In this document: piece after piece, positions 46,627 to 56,143 of the stretch | How positions within the stretch are numbered: the first letter of the stretch is position 1 | How the letters are laid out: every line of letters begins with the position of its first letter | Source of the DNA: an uncultured Candidatus Rokubacteria bacterium | GTDB taxonomy: Bacteria; Methylomirabilota; Methylomirabilia; Rokubacteriales; DASRDR01 | Direction of reading: 5' to 3' | NCBI GenBank assembly: GCA_963708025.1 | Contig: CAVPSB010000049.1 | Coordinates: forward strand, 128,001-192,000 | DNA: 64,000 nt | Made by a program: the position numbers and the translations under genes | The notes under the pieces: generated by a model | What the model was told of the DNA's origin: nothing | Database searches by the model: none | Seen by the model: only the letters and a program-made list of their open reading frames with translations

Positions 46627-47180
46627 GCCTTGTCCGTCTCCCCGCCCAGGAAGCGCTTCACGGCCTGGCCCACCGCCTTGGCGCCGAGCGAGAGCGCATC
46701 GAGCGATTGCGGGGCGTCCGGGGCCGGCGCCCCCGCCAGCTTCTGCTGCATGTTGGCGGCGAACTGGCGGAAGATCTGCGTCGACACGCTCTCGATCATC
46801 CCCCGGCCCAGCTGGGCGAGGAGCCCCCTGAGGCTCACCTCCGAGGCGACCCGGACCTCGGTGCCGCCGTTCGTCGGCTGGAGGCGGCTCTGCATCCGCA
46901 TCTCGGCGCCCCCCCGCCCCTTGACGTCTTGGCCGCTGCCCACCATCCCCGCCTCCCAGCGGTCGGGGTCGAGTCGGTCGAAGCGGATGGTGCCCTTGTA
47001 ACTCGTGGTGACGGGTCCCACCTTCACGGTCATGGTTCCCCGCCAGGTCCGCTCGTCCACCTGCTCCGTGATCGCCGCGCCGGGGAGGCAGGTCGCCACC
47101 TCGCGCGGGTCGGTCAGGAGCGCCCACACGCGCTCCGGCGGCGCCTCCAGGACGACGGTCTGCTCGATCTTCAGGGCCAT
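46623..47180 (-). CDS. coxG: CoxG/SRPBCC-family protein
   Basis: VW..LTDP..VA.CLPGA, VKVGP, G.LAQLGRGMI. Confidence 0.85.
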   Translation of the reverse strand: MALKIEQTVVLEAPPERVWALLTDPREVATCLPGAAITEQVDERTWRGTMTVKVGPVTTSYKGTIRFDRLDPDRWEAGMVGSGQDVKGRGGAEMRMQSRLQPTNGGTEVRVASEVSLRGLLAQLGRGMIESVSTQIFRQFAANMQQKLAGAPAPDAPQSLDALSLGAKAVGQAVKRFLGGETDKA

Positions 47181-47224
47181 GGACTCCTCACTCGCCCAGC
47201 CGGCGGGTCGCACGTCCGCACTCG

Positions 47225-47253
47225 TTTGTATGCCCGGCCGCGCCGGATGTCAA
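47225..47253 (-). promoter_or_regulatory. Sigma70-type promoter of coxG
   Basis: TTGACA-N17-TACAAA on the minus strand. Confidence 0.6.
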
Positions 47254-47409
47254 TGTGGCCGGCCGGGCGAAATTGGACAGTGACGACGGCATCCTGCTAG
47301 ACTTCCGGACCACGATGGTTTCCACGGACGCGGGCGACCTCGCGCGCTTCGGGGGCAAGCGGCGACGTCGTGAGCGGGCCGGCGGCGCGCCGCCCGGCGA
47401 CCTCCCACG

Positions 47410-49395
47410 GTGGCGCAGGCCGCGACCACGTCCCGAGTGGAAGGGGCGCCACCCTGGCCTGGACGCTCGACGGCGCTCTCGGGTGGCCTGCTGGTCCTCG
47501 CGAGCGTCTTGTGGCTGGCGGGGCTGCCGCCGGCCCTCGTCGCCGCCCTCGCCGCTGCCGGCACCGTCGGCACGGTGACCGGACTCCTCTGGCTGGGCTC
47601 GTCCCGGGCGCTCCAGCGCAACCTGGAGCTGGCGCGCCGGGCGACGCCCGAGCTGTCCTCGACCGCGCACCGGCTGTCCGACCTGGCCGACGCCATCGCC
47701 GGTGGCGCCCAGGGGCAGGCGTCGCGAGTCGGCGAGGTCGCGGCGGCGGTGGAGGAGCTCTCGGCGTCGGTCGTCGACGTGGCCCGGCACGCCGACCACG
47801 CGTCTGACTCCGTCAAGCAGAGCGTGGCCTCGACGGAGGACGGCTTCCGCCAGGCCCGCGAGGCGATCGCGGCCATCCGGCGCGTTGCCGCCTCGCTCGA
47901 GCGGTCGGCCGCCGTCATCCAGAAGCTCGAGGAGACCCAGGGGCGCATCGCCGCCGTCGTCAACGTCATCCGCCAGGTCGCGAACGAGACGAACCTGCTG
48001 GCCCTGAACGCCGCCGTGGAAGCCGCCCGCGCCGGCCAGCACGGCGCCGCGTTCGCGGTGGTGGCCGGCGAGGTCCGGGACCTGGCCAACCGGACCAAGA
48101 CCGCCACCGGCGAGATCGCCGCCATGGTGACCGGCGTCGTGAACGAGATCGGGCGGGCGGTGGACACCGTCCGGGGCGTCGGCGCCGAGGTCGACGCCGG
48201 CGTGCGTCTGGTCACGGCCAGCGGCGAGCACTTCGGGGCCATCCGCGAGCGTGTGGCACAGATGCAGGACGCCGTCGCGCAGATCGCCCAGGCCGCCACC
48301 CAGCAGTCCTCGGCCACGCGCGACATCGCGCGGGCCATGGAGGCGCTGACCGCGGCCAGCCACGCCGCCGCCGGCCAGGCCAGCACCGTGTCGCAGGCCA
48401 GCCAGACCCTCACGGTGCTGGCCGACGAGATGGGGGGCCGGCTCCAGGCCCGCCACTCGGCGCTCGTCCGTCGCGGACGCTCCCGCGTGCTCCGGCTGGT
48501 GCTCCTCGAGCAGGGCTCCCTGGCGCCGCGAGCGCTGCTGCGCATGGCGGATCGGATCGAGGCGGCGTCGGGCGGGCGCCTCCGGGTCGAGCGGATCGTC
48601 GACGAGAGCCTGGGCGAGCGTGACATGATCGCCCAGCTCCGGCGCGGGGAAGCGGCGTGCAGCTTCTCCACCGCCGTCGTCCTCTCCAACTACGTCCCCG
48701 CGCTGCAGGCGCTCGCGCTCCCCTACGCGTTCGGAAGCTACCAGGAGCTCTTCCGGGTGGTCGACGGCCCGGTCGGCATGAGGCTCCTCGACCGCCTCCG
48801 CCCGCTCGGGCTCCTCCCCCTGGGATTCCTCGAACACGGCCCGCGCCACTTCACCAGCCGCCGGCCCATCCGGCAGCCGGGCGACCTGCGCGGGATGGTC
48901 ATGCGGATCCAGGAGTCGAGCGTGGGCAAGGCCTTCGCGCATGCCCTCGGCGCCACCCCTCGCGCCCTGTCCCGGCCCGAGTTCCGGCGGGAGCTGGAGC
49001 GCGGGGCGATCGACGCTTCCGACAACACGCTGGTCATCATCGCGGACTCGCCCGCGATTCGCCGCCACCATCCTTACGTCACCCTCGACGCCCACTGCTT
49101 CACGCCGACCGTCCTCCTGTTCTCCGAGGCGGTCTTCCGCGAGCTGTCCCCCGACCTGCAGGCGATCGTCGCGGAGGCGGCCCGCGAGGCCATCGCCTGG
49201 CAGCGCCAGTCCACCATGACGGTCGAGCCCGAGATGCTCGAGAAGATCCGCCGCGAGGGGGTGACGCTCATCGAGCTGTCACCGGCGGATCGGGAGGCCT
49301 TCGCGCGGGCCGCGCGCGTCGTCTGGGAGCAGCTCGAGCCCGTCGTCGGCCCTGACGTCATGGCCGAGCTCCGGCACGCGCTCGGCCGCGGCTGA
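47410..49395 (+). CDS. Methyl-accepting chemotaxis protein fused to a C-terminal TRAP DctP substrate-binding domain
   Basis: Two short hydrophobic segments; IRQVANETNLLALNAAVEAARAGQHGAAFAVVAGEVRDLA; then LPYAF, G.RHFT, DLRGM.MR.QES, FA.ALGATP, IDASDN. Start uncertain. Confidence 0.85.
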   Translation: MAQAATTSRVEGAPPWPGRSTALSGGLLVLASVLWLAGLPPALVAALAAAGTVGTVTGLLWLGSSRALQRNLELARRATPELSSTAHRLSDLADAIAGGAQGQASRVGEVAAAVEELSASVVDVARHADHASDSVKQSVASTEDGFRQAREAIAAIRRVAASLERSAAVIQKLEETQGRIAAVVNVIRQVANETNLLALNAAVEAARAGQHGAAFAVVAGEVRDLANRTKTATGEIAAMVTGVVNEIGRAVDTVRGVGAEVDAGVRLVTASGEHFGAIRERVAQMQDAVAQIAQAATQQSSATRDIARAMEALTAASHAAAGQASTVSQASQTLTVLADEMGGRLQARHSALVRRGRSRVLRLVLLEQGSLAPRALLRMADRIEAASGGRLRVERIVDESLGERDMIAQLRRGEAACSFSTAVVLSNYVPALQALALPYAFGSYQELFRVVDGPVGMRLLDRLRPLGLLPLGFLEHGPRHFTSRRPIRQPGDLRGMVMRIQESSVGKAFAHALGATPRALSRPEFRRELERGAIDASDNTLVIIADSPAIRRHHPYVTLDAHCFTPTVLLFSEAVFRELSPDLQAIVAEAAREAIAWQRQSTMTVEPEMLEKIRREGVTLIELSPADREAFARAARVVWEQLEPVVGPDVMAELRHALGRG

Positions 49396-49531
49396 CAGCC
49401 CCCGTCCCGGATCCCTCGGCCCGGACCGCTCTCGCGACGCGCCTCGGAACGCCGGAATCATTGCGCGTCACGCAATGCTTCGCGCCCTTCCTCGAGGCAA
49501 GGCGCCCACCGGCAGGACTCTCCTCCATCCA

Positions 49532-49825
49532 TCAGTTCCGGCCTTCCCAAGAGCTCGGATGACGGTGGAGGTGGACGATCGCCACTATCGTGGGAACGTC
49601 GTTCTCCAGCGTGAAGAACACGCCAAACGGAAACCGGTGCAGGATGGCTCTTCGAGTTTCTCTGAAGACGACGGGGAACTGAAGAGGCGCTTCTTCGATT
49701 CGCCTAAAGGCGGTGCGCGTGGCCTGGAGGAACTCCGCGCCGAGACCGGGCCGCTCGGCCTCGTACCAGAGCGCCGCCTCGAGGGCGTCGGCCTCCGCCT
49801 CCGGGCGAACCCGGAGCTGGCGCAT
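49532..49825 (-). CDS. RelE/ParE-family toxin
   Basis: EAEAD..EAALWYE....GLG.EF, RR..L.RFPF, VAI.H..R.P..W. Confidence 0.85.
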   Translation of the reverse strand: MRQLRVRPEAEADALEAALWYEAERPGLGAEFLQATRTAFRRIEEAPLQFPVVFRETRRAILHRFPFGVFFTLENDVPTIVAIVHLHRHPSSWEGRN

Positions 49826-50068
49826 CTAGCGAGGCTGTCGCAGCCGCATCTGGAGACGTTCGAGAACTTCCTCCCACGGACGAGCCTCGTGGGGAGCGGC
49901 ACGATGTGCCGCGAGGCGCGCTTCCAGGAGCTCGCGCTGCCAGTCCGCGAGCGGCACCTGCTCGACGCTCGCCGCGATGTGGTCCCACAACGACTGGACG
50001 TAGTCGATCTGCTGATCGATGGGCAGCTCATCGAAACCGGGGGGCGGCATGGGTAAGCGATCACTCAT
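49826..50068 (-). CDS. Addiction-module antitoxin component
   Basis: LP..QQI.YVQSLWD.I...WQRELLE.RL...PWEEV; abuts the toxin gene. Confidence 0.82.
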   Translation of the reverse strand: MSDRLPMPPPGFDELPIDQQIDYVQSLWDHIAASVEQVPLADWQRELLEARLAAHRAAPHEARPWEEVLERLQMRLRQPR

Positions 50069-50151
50069 GACCCCTGAAGTATACTCCAGGGCCGCACCGC
50101 CACGAATCAGCCGGCGTCTCCCCGTCGAAGCGGAACTTCCGCGCCTGGCGG

Positions 50152-52519
50152 CTACTCGGTGACCCCGTGGTCGCGGAGGAGCTTCCAGACCTTGGCCGGC
50201 GTGATGGGGATGTCGACGTGGCGCACGCCGAGGTGCCACAGGGCGTCCACCACCGCGTTAGCGATGGCCGCCGGCGCCCCTACCGTGGCCGACTCGCCCA
50301 CCCCCTTGGCGCCCAGCGGGTGGTGCGGGGACGGCGTGCAGGTCTTGTCGGTCTCCCACTTCGGCGTCTCGACGGCCGTCGGCACCAGGTAGTCCACGAA
50401 GCTGCCGCCCCGGATGTTCCCCTGCTCGTCGTAGGAGATCTCCTCGTAGAGCGCGGGGGCCAGCCCCATGGTCAGCCCGCCGTGGATCTGCCCTTCCACG
50501 ATCATTGGGTTGATGATGTTGCCGCAGTCGTCCACCGCCACGAAGCGCCGGATCTTGACCTCGCCAGTCCCCCGGTCGATGTCCACGATGCAGATGTAGC
50601 TCCCGAAGGGGTAGGTCAGGTTGGGCGGGTCGTAGTAGGAGACGGCCTCCAGCCCCGCTTCCATCCCCTGCGGATGGTTGGTGTAGGCGGCGAAGGCGAT
50701 CTCCTGGATGGTCTTCGAGCGGCCGGGGGCGCCCTTGACCGAGAATTTCCCCGGCTCCCAGACCAGGTCCTCCTCGGCCGCCTCCAGGAGGTGGGCGGCG
50801 ATCTTCCGGGCCTTGTCCCGGACCTTGCGCGCCGCCATCGCCGCGGCGGCGCCGCCGACGGGCGTGGAGCGGCTGGCGTAGGTGCCGAGGCCGTAGGGCG
50901 CGGTGTCGGTGTCGCCCTCCTCGACCTGGATGTCCTTGGCCGGGATGCCGAGCTCCTCGGCCAGGATCTGAGCGTACGTGGTCTCGTGCCCCTGGCCCTG
51001 GGACTTGGTGCCGAAGCGCGCGATCGCCTTGCCGGTGGGATGGACCCGGATCTCGCAGCTGTCGAACATCTTGAGGCCGAGGATGTCGAAGTGCTTCGAC
51101 GGCCCCGCCCCGACGATCTCGGTGAAGCTCGAGATGCCGATCCCCATCAGCTCGCCCCGCTGGCGCTTCTCCGCCTGCTCGCGACGGGCCCCGGCGTAGT
51201 CGATCCGCTCCATGGCCTTCCGGAGGGCGGCGCCGTAGTCGCCGCTGTCGTACTCCCAGCCGAGCGCCGACTTGTAGGGGAACTGCTCGGGCTTGATGAA
51301 GTTCTTGAGCCGGAGCTCGGCCGCGTCCATCCCGAGCTGGTGGGCCATGAGGTCCGTCATCCGCTCGATGGCGTGGACGGCCTCGGTCACCCGGAAGGAG
51401 CAGCGGTAGGCGATCCCCCCCGGCGGCTTGTTCGTGTAGACGCCGTCCACCTCCACGTGGGCCGCCTTGAGGTCATAGGAGCCGGTGCAGATGTGGAAGA
51501 GCCCCGCCGGGAATTTCGACGGGTTCGCCGCCGCGTCGGTGTAGCCGTGGTCGGCCAGCGTCTTGATGCGGAGCGCGGTCAGCCGGCCATCCTTGGTCGC
51601 GGCCAGCTCGGCCTTCATGTGGTAGTCGCGGGCGAAGGAGTCGGCCTGGAGGTTCTCCATCCGGTCCTCGATCCACTTGACCGGGGCGCCGGTCAGGACC
51701 GAGGCGGCGACGGCGATCACGTAGCCCGGGTACACGGGGACCTTGCCGCCGAAGCCGCCGCCGATGTCGGGGGAGATGATCCGGATCTTGTGCTCCTCGA
51801 GGCCGACGTGGCCGGCGACCAGGGCGAACACCGTGCGGATCGCGTGGGGCGCCTGCGTGGTCATCCACACCGTGAGCTTCCCGCTGACCTTGTCGAAGCT
51901 GGCGACGCAGCCGCACGTCTCGATGGAGGCGACGTGGATCCGCGGGAGGTAGATGTCCTGGGTCACCGTGACCGCCGCGTCCTTGAACGCCCGGTCGGTG
52001 GCGGCCCGGTCGCCCCACTCCCAGTGCCAGATGTGGTTGTCCTTCTTGTCCTTCTTGTCGGTGCGCAGCACCGGGGCGCCGGGCTCGAGGGCCTTGTGGG
52101 GATCGACCACGACCGGCAGCGGCTCGTACTCGACCTCCACCGCGTTCGACGCCGTCGGCCGCCGCGTAGCGACTGGTGGCCAGGACGGCCGCCACCTCCT
52201 GGGCCTGGTACATGACCTTCTCGACCGGCAGCACCATCTGGGTGTCCGACATCAGAGTCGGCATCCAGTGGAGGTTGTACTTGGCCAGGTCCTGGCCGGT
52301 GATGACGGCGAGGACCCCGGGCGTCGCGAGGGCGCGCGTGGAGTCGATCTTCTTGATCCGGGCGTGGGCGAAGGGGCTCCGGACGATGTCGAGGTAGAGC
52401 ATCCCCGGGAGCTGGACGTCGTTGACGTACGTCCCCTTCCCCCGGATGAAGCGCGGGTCCTCCTTGCGCTTCATCGAGTGCCCCATCCCGGACACTTCCG
52501 GCGACGTGCGGGGTGCCAT
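50152..52519 (-). CDS. coxL: Form I aerobic CO dehydrogenase large subunit, one frameshift near 52145
   Basis: RKEDPRFIRGKG, GGGFGGK, AYRCSFR (51391-51411), QGQGHET, GTYASRS, GAKGVGE. Confidence 0.92.
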
Positions 52520-53008
52520 CACGCGCCTCCCTGCCGCAGCGCCGCCGCGGCATGCTGGATCGCCTTGACGATGTTGACGTACCCGGTACAGCGGCAGAGG
52601 TTCCCCGAGATCGCCGTGCGGATCTCGTCCTCGCTCGGCTCCTTGTGCTTCCGGAGGAAGGCGTAGCTCGTCATGAGCATGCCCGGGGTGCAGTAGCCGC
52701 ACTGGAGGCCGTGCTCCTGCATGAAGCCGTCCTGGACCGGGTGGAGCTTCCCGTCCTGCTCGAGCCCCTCGACCGTCATCAGCTCGCGGCCGTGGGCCTG
52801 GACGGCGAACACCGTGCACGACTTCACCGGCCGGCCGTCGAGGAGGACGGTGCACGCCCCGCAGTGGGTCGTGTCGCAGCCGATGTGGGTCCCGGTCAGC
52901 CGGAGACACTTCGCGGATCAGGTGGACCAGCAGGAGCCGCGGCTCCACGTCGACCTCGTGCTTCGCCCCGTTGATCGTGAGCTGGACGCGCATGGCCTTG
53001 ATCTCCAT
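52519..53008 (-). CDS. coxS: CO dehydrogenase 2Fe-2S small subunit, one frameshift near 52905
   Basis: [17 protein letters not shown]...[20 protein letters not shown]. Confidence 0.9.
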
Positions 53009-53073
53009 CTGGTCGCGGCGGCTTCGGCCTACGGACCGTTCGACGGCCGTCGGCCTGAGGGCGACGCCGCTCC

Positions 53074-53954
53074 CTACGTTCGATTCCCGCCCGCCCGCTC
53101 GAGCGCGAGCCTGAGCGCCCGGGCGGTCAGCACCCGCACGAGGTCCCGCTTGTACTCGGCCGGCCCCCGCAGGTCGGCGGTGGGCTGCGCCTCCTCGGCG
53201 GCGAGCCGGGCGGCCTGCTGGACGACCGCGGCGTCGAGCGTCTTGCCGGCCAGGAAGGCCTCGGCCCGCCTGGCCTGGATGGGCGTCGGGCCGACGTTGG
53301 TCAGGCCGATGCCGGCCTTCTCGCAGGCGCCCCCCGGCACCGAGGCCAAGCTGGACCGCCACCCCGGCCGTCGCGAAGTCGCCGACCTTCCGCTCCAGTT
53401 CGAGGTAGGCGCCGCCGCTCCGCGCCGCCGGGACCGGCACCCGGATCTCGACCAGGATCTCCGCGGGAGCCAGCGCCGTCGCGAACGGACCGGTGAAGAA
53501 GCCGCCGATCGGGATCCGCCGCTCCCCACCCGGCGCCGACCGCCACCACCTCGGCCCCGAGGGCCAGCATGGTGGCGGGGTGATCGTTGGCGGGATCGCC
53601 GTGGGCGAGGTTGCCGCCCACCGTGGCCAGGTTCCGCACCAGGGGATCGGCGATGACCCGGCAGGTGTCGAGGAGGATCGGATACCGCGTTCGCACCAGA
53701 TCCGACTCCTCCAGGTCCGACTCCCGGGTCAGGGCCCCGATCTTCAAGACCCCGTCGGCCTCGGCGAGGGACGCCAGCCCCGGGATCCGGTTGATGTCCA
53801 CCAGGTGCGCCGGCGTCGCCAGCCGGAGCTTCATCATCGGGATGAGGCTCTGCCCTCCGGAGAGGACCTTCGCGTCGTCACCGAGCCGGGCGAGCAGGGC
53901 CGTCGCCTCGGCGATCGAGGTGGGGACGTGGTAGTCGAACGCGGCAGGAATCAT
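53074..53954 (-). CDS. coxM: CO dehydrogenase FAD medium subunit, frameshifts near 53530 and 53335
   Basis: MIPAAFDYH.P, GGQSLIPMMKLR, RNLATVGGN..HGDPAND, ERKVGDFA, DLRGPAEYK. Confidence 0.9.
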
Positions 53955-54017
53955 GATCGCCCTCGCGAGGACATCGTGTTGAGGACCGGCCTGGACATCG
54001 GAGCGAGCTTGGCCGGG

Positions 54018-54087
54018 ATACTAGAGGCCATGCGTCCGCTTGTCAAGCGATCTCGGAGGGTAAACCCTGAATGGGGTAAACCCTGAC
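54018..54087 (-). promoter_or_regulatory. coxM promoter with an upstream tandem operator
   Basis: TTGACA-N17-TAGTAT (54046-54018); GGGTAAACCCTGA repeated at ~54058 and ~54074. Confidence 0.7.
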
Positions 54088-54302
54088 GTCTGAGTGACCG
54101 CGGCGACCGCATCGCGCGGCGCGCGACCGGCGACCCGGAGCGGCGCCAGACCGGCATCCCGGGCTCCTCCAGGGTGGGTGGACGGAAGGCCTCGGTCCCA
54201 CACCGTCGGCCGGGGCGCGCGGCCGGTTGGAGGATAGCCACGCGCGACCATCTCGGTCGCGCGGCTCACTCCAAATCATCGCCGGGAGGCGCTGCCTCCG
54301 AC

Positions 54303-54354
54303 TGTCTTATTCGACACTTCCCCGCAAGGGGCTCCCGGTGGCACCGGACATGCT
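54303..54354 (+). promoter_or_regulatory. Sigma54-type -24/-12 promoter with an upstream palindrome
   Basis: TGGCAC-CGGAC-ATGCT (GG-N10-GC) at 54339-54354; TGTC-N6-GACA at 54303-54316. Confidence 0.5.
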
Positions 54355-54490
54355 TCTCCTTGCCGGCACTGGACAGGCGCAGGTCTGCCCGACCTGCCGG
54401 CGTGAACGAGCCGCTCGGGTGACAACGCGCCTCGCCGACCGTTGGTCGGGGTGGATGGGGAAGGAGGTCGGGTAAGGAAGGGAGGAGACC

Positions 54491-54776
54491 ATGCTTGGAC
54501 TGGTGCTGGCACTCTCCGTCCTGGTTCGCCTGGATCTCCCCGAGGTCGTCATCTTCGTCGCACGCCGGTACCCGGGTGGAAAACCCGGAGGCCTTCGCCG
54601 CCAGCGCAGCGTGCCCTGCCCTGACCGGCCAGGCAGTCCCGCTGCCCGTCCCATTCGTCATCCAGTGGTTCAAGCGCCAGGGCGAGGGGAACGGGGAGGT
54701 TCCGGATACCTCCCGCCGCCTGACCGGGCTCTTGACCCAGTGCACGCTCCCCGTCGCGCAGGGGCCGCCGACCTGA
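54491..54776 (+). CDS. Small hypothetical exported protein, probably frameshifted near 54575
   Basis: Strong GGAGGAG RBS; hydrophobic MLGLVLALSVLV; a protein-like frame continues ENPEAFAASAACPALTG... to a stop at 54776. Confidence 0.4.
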
Positions 54777-55027
54777 CCGCGCCCCCAACGTCTCCGCGCG
54801 CCGGATCGAATCGCGAGGACACCCTCGCGCTCCGAGGGGATCATCGCGTCCGACGAGGCCCCGCCACCGCCACTCCGCGACCGCCTTGCCGCGCCTTCGC
54901 GGTCTGCGCTATCGTGTGAGCACACGCGAGATCGAGGACGTCCGGCGGCCACCACGACACGGGATTCGTGGGTCGGCACCGTGCCGGGACGGGCTCACCA
55001 TCGAACGACCGCAGGGAGGATCGCGTC

Positions 55028-56143
55028 ATGACACGGCGAGGCGGGAAGCTCGGAGGTCTCCTGGCGGCGCTCCTCCTCGGGCTGCTCGGCGGCTCGGCGG
55101 ACGTGGGCGCCCAGGCCCAGCCGGCGATGAAGCCGCAGCCGAAGGTCCGGGCGGCCTTCATCTACGTGTCGCCGGTGGGCGACGGCGGCTGGACCTTCGC
55201 CCACGACCAGGCCCGGAAGGCGACCGAGAAGGCGATGGGCGACGTCCTCTCCACGGCCTACTCGGAGGGCGTGCCCGAGGGCGCGCAGGCCGAGCAGGTG
55301 ATCGAGCGCTACGTCCGCCAGGGCTTCAACCTGATCTTCACGACGAGCTTCGGCTACATGGACCCCACCCTGGCGGTCGCCCAGCGTCACCCCGAGGCCG
55401 TCTTCATGCACTGCTCGGGCTTCAAGACCGCCCCGAACATGGGGACCTACTTCGGGCGCATGTACCAGGCCCGCTACCTGTCGGGGCTCGTCGCGGGGAA
55501 GATGACCCGGAGCAACATCATCGGGTACGTCGCGGCCCACCCCATCCCCGAGGTGATCCGGGGGATCGACGCCTTCACCCTCGGGGTGCGCGCGGCCAAC
55601 CCGGCGGCCCGGGTCCACGTCGTCTGGACGAACACGTGGTACGACCCGCCCAAGGAGCGAGAGGCGGCCGAGAGCCTGCTCGACATCAACGCCGACGTCA
55701 TCGCCCAGCACCAGGACACCCCGGGACCCCAGCAGGCGGCCGAGAAGCGGGGGCGGTACTCCGTCGGCTACAACTCGGACATGCGCGCCTTCGCGCCGAA
55801 GGCCCACCTGACCGCGCCGATCTGGCACTGGGAGAAGATCTACACGGAGATCGTCAAGCAGGTGAACCAGGGCACCTGGACGAGCGCCCAGCTCTGGCCC
55901 GGGCTGGACTCGGGCGTCGTGGACCTGGCGCCCTTCAACCCGGCGGTCCCGGCCGATGTGCGGAAGCTGGTCGAGGAGAAGAAGGCCGAGATCATCGCCA
56001 AGCGCTGGGACGTCTTCACCGGGCCGATCAAGGACCAGGAGGGCAGGGTCGTCGTCGAGACCGGCCGCCGCATGACCGACCCCGAGATGCTGTCGATGAG
56101 CTTCTTCGTGGAAGGCGTGGTGGGCAGCCTCCCCAAGAAGTGA
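55028..56143 (+). CDS. BMP-family ABC substrate-binding protein (purine/nucleoside)
   Basis: PVGDGGWTFAHD, TTSFGYMD, YQARYLSG, PIPEVIRGI, WYDP, QHQD. Confidence 0.9.
   Translation: MTRRGGKLGGLLAALLLGLLGGSADVGAQAQPAMKPQPKVRAAFIYVSPVGDGGWTFAHDQARKATEKAMGDVLSTAYSEGVPEGAQAEQVIERYVRQGFNLIFTTSFGYMDPTLAVAQRHPEAVFMHCSGFKTAPNMGTYFGRMYQARYLSGLVAGKMTRSNIIGYVAAHPIPEVIRGIDAFTLGVRAANPAARVHVVWTNTWYDPPKEREAAESLLDINADVIAQHQDTPGPQQAAEKRGRYSVGYNSDMRAFAPKAHLTAPIWHWEKIYTEIVKQVNQGTWTSAQLWPGLDSGVVDLAPFNPAVPADVRKLVEEKKAEIIAKRWDVFTGPIKDQEGRVVVETGRRMTDPEMLSMSFFVEGVVGSLPKK

Noticed and set aside
53075-53095. GTTCGATTCCC resembling a tRNA T-loop
   Set aside because: No pairing T-stem or cloverleaf; it lies in the last codons of coxM.
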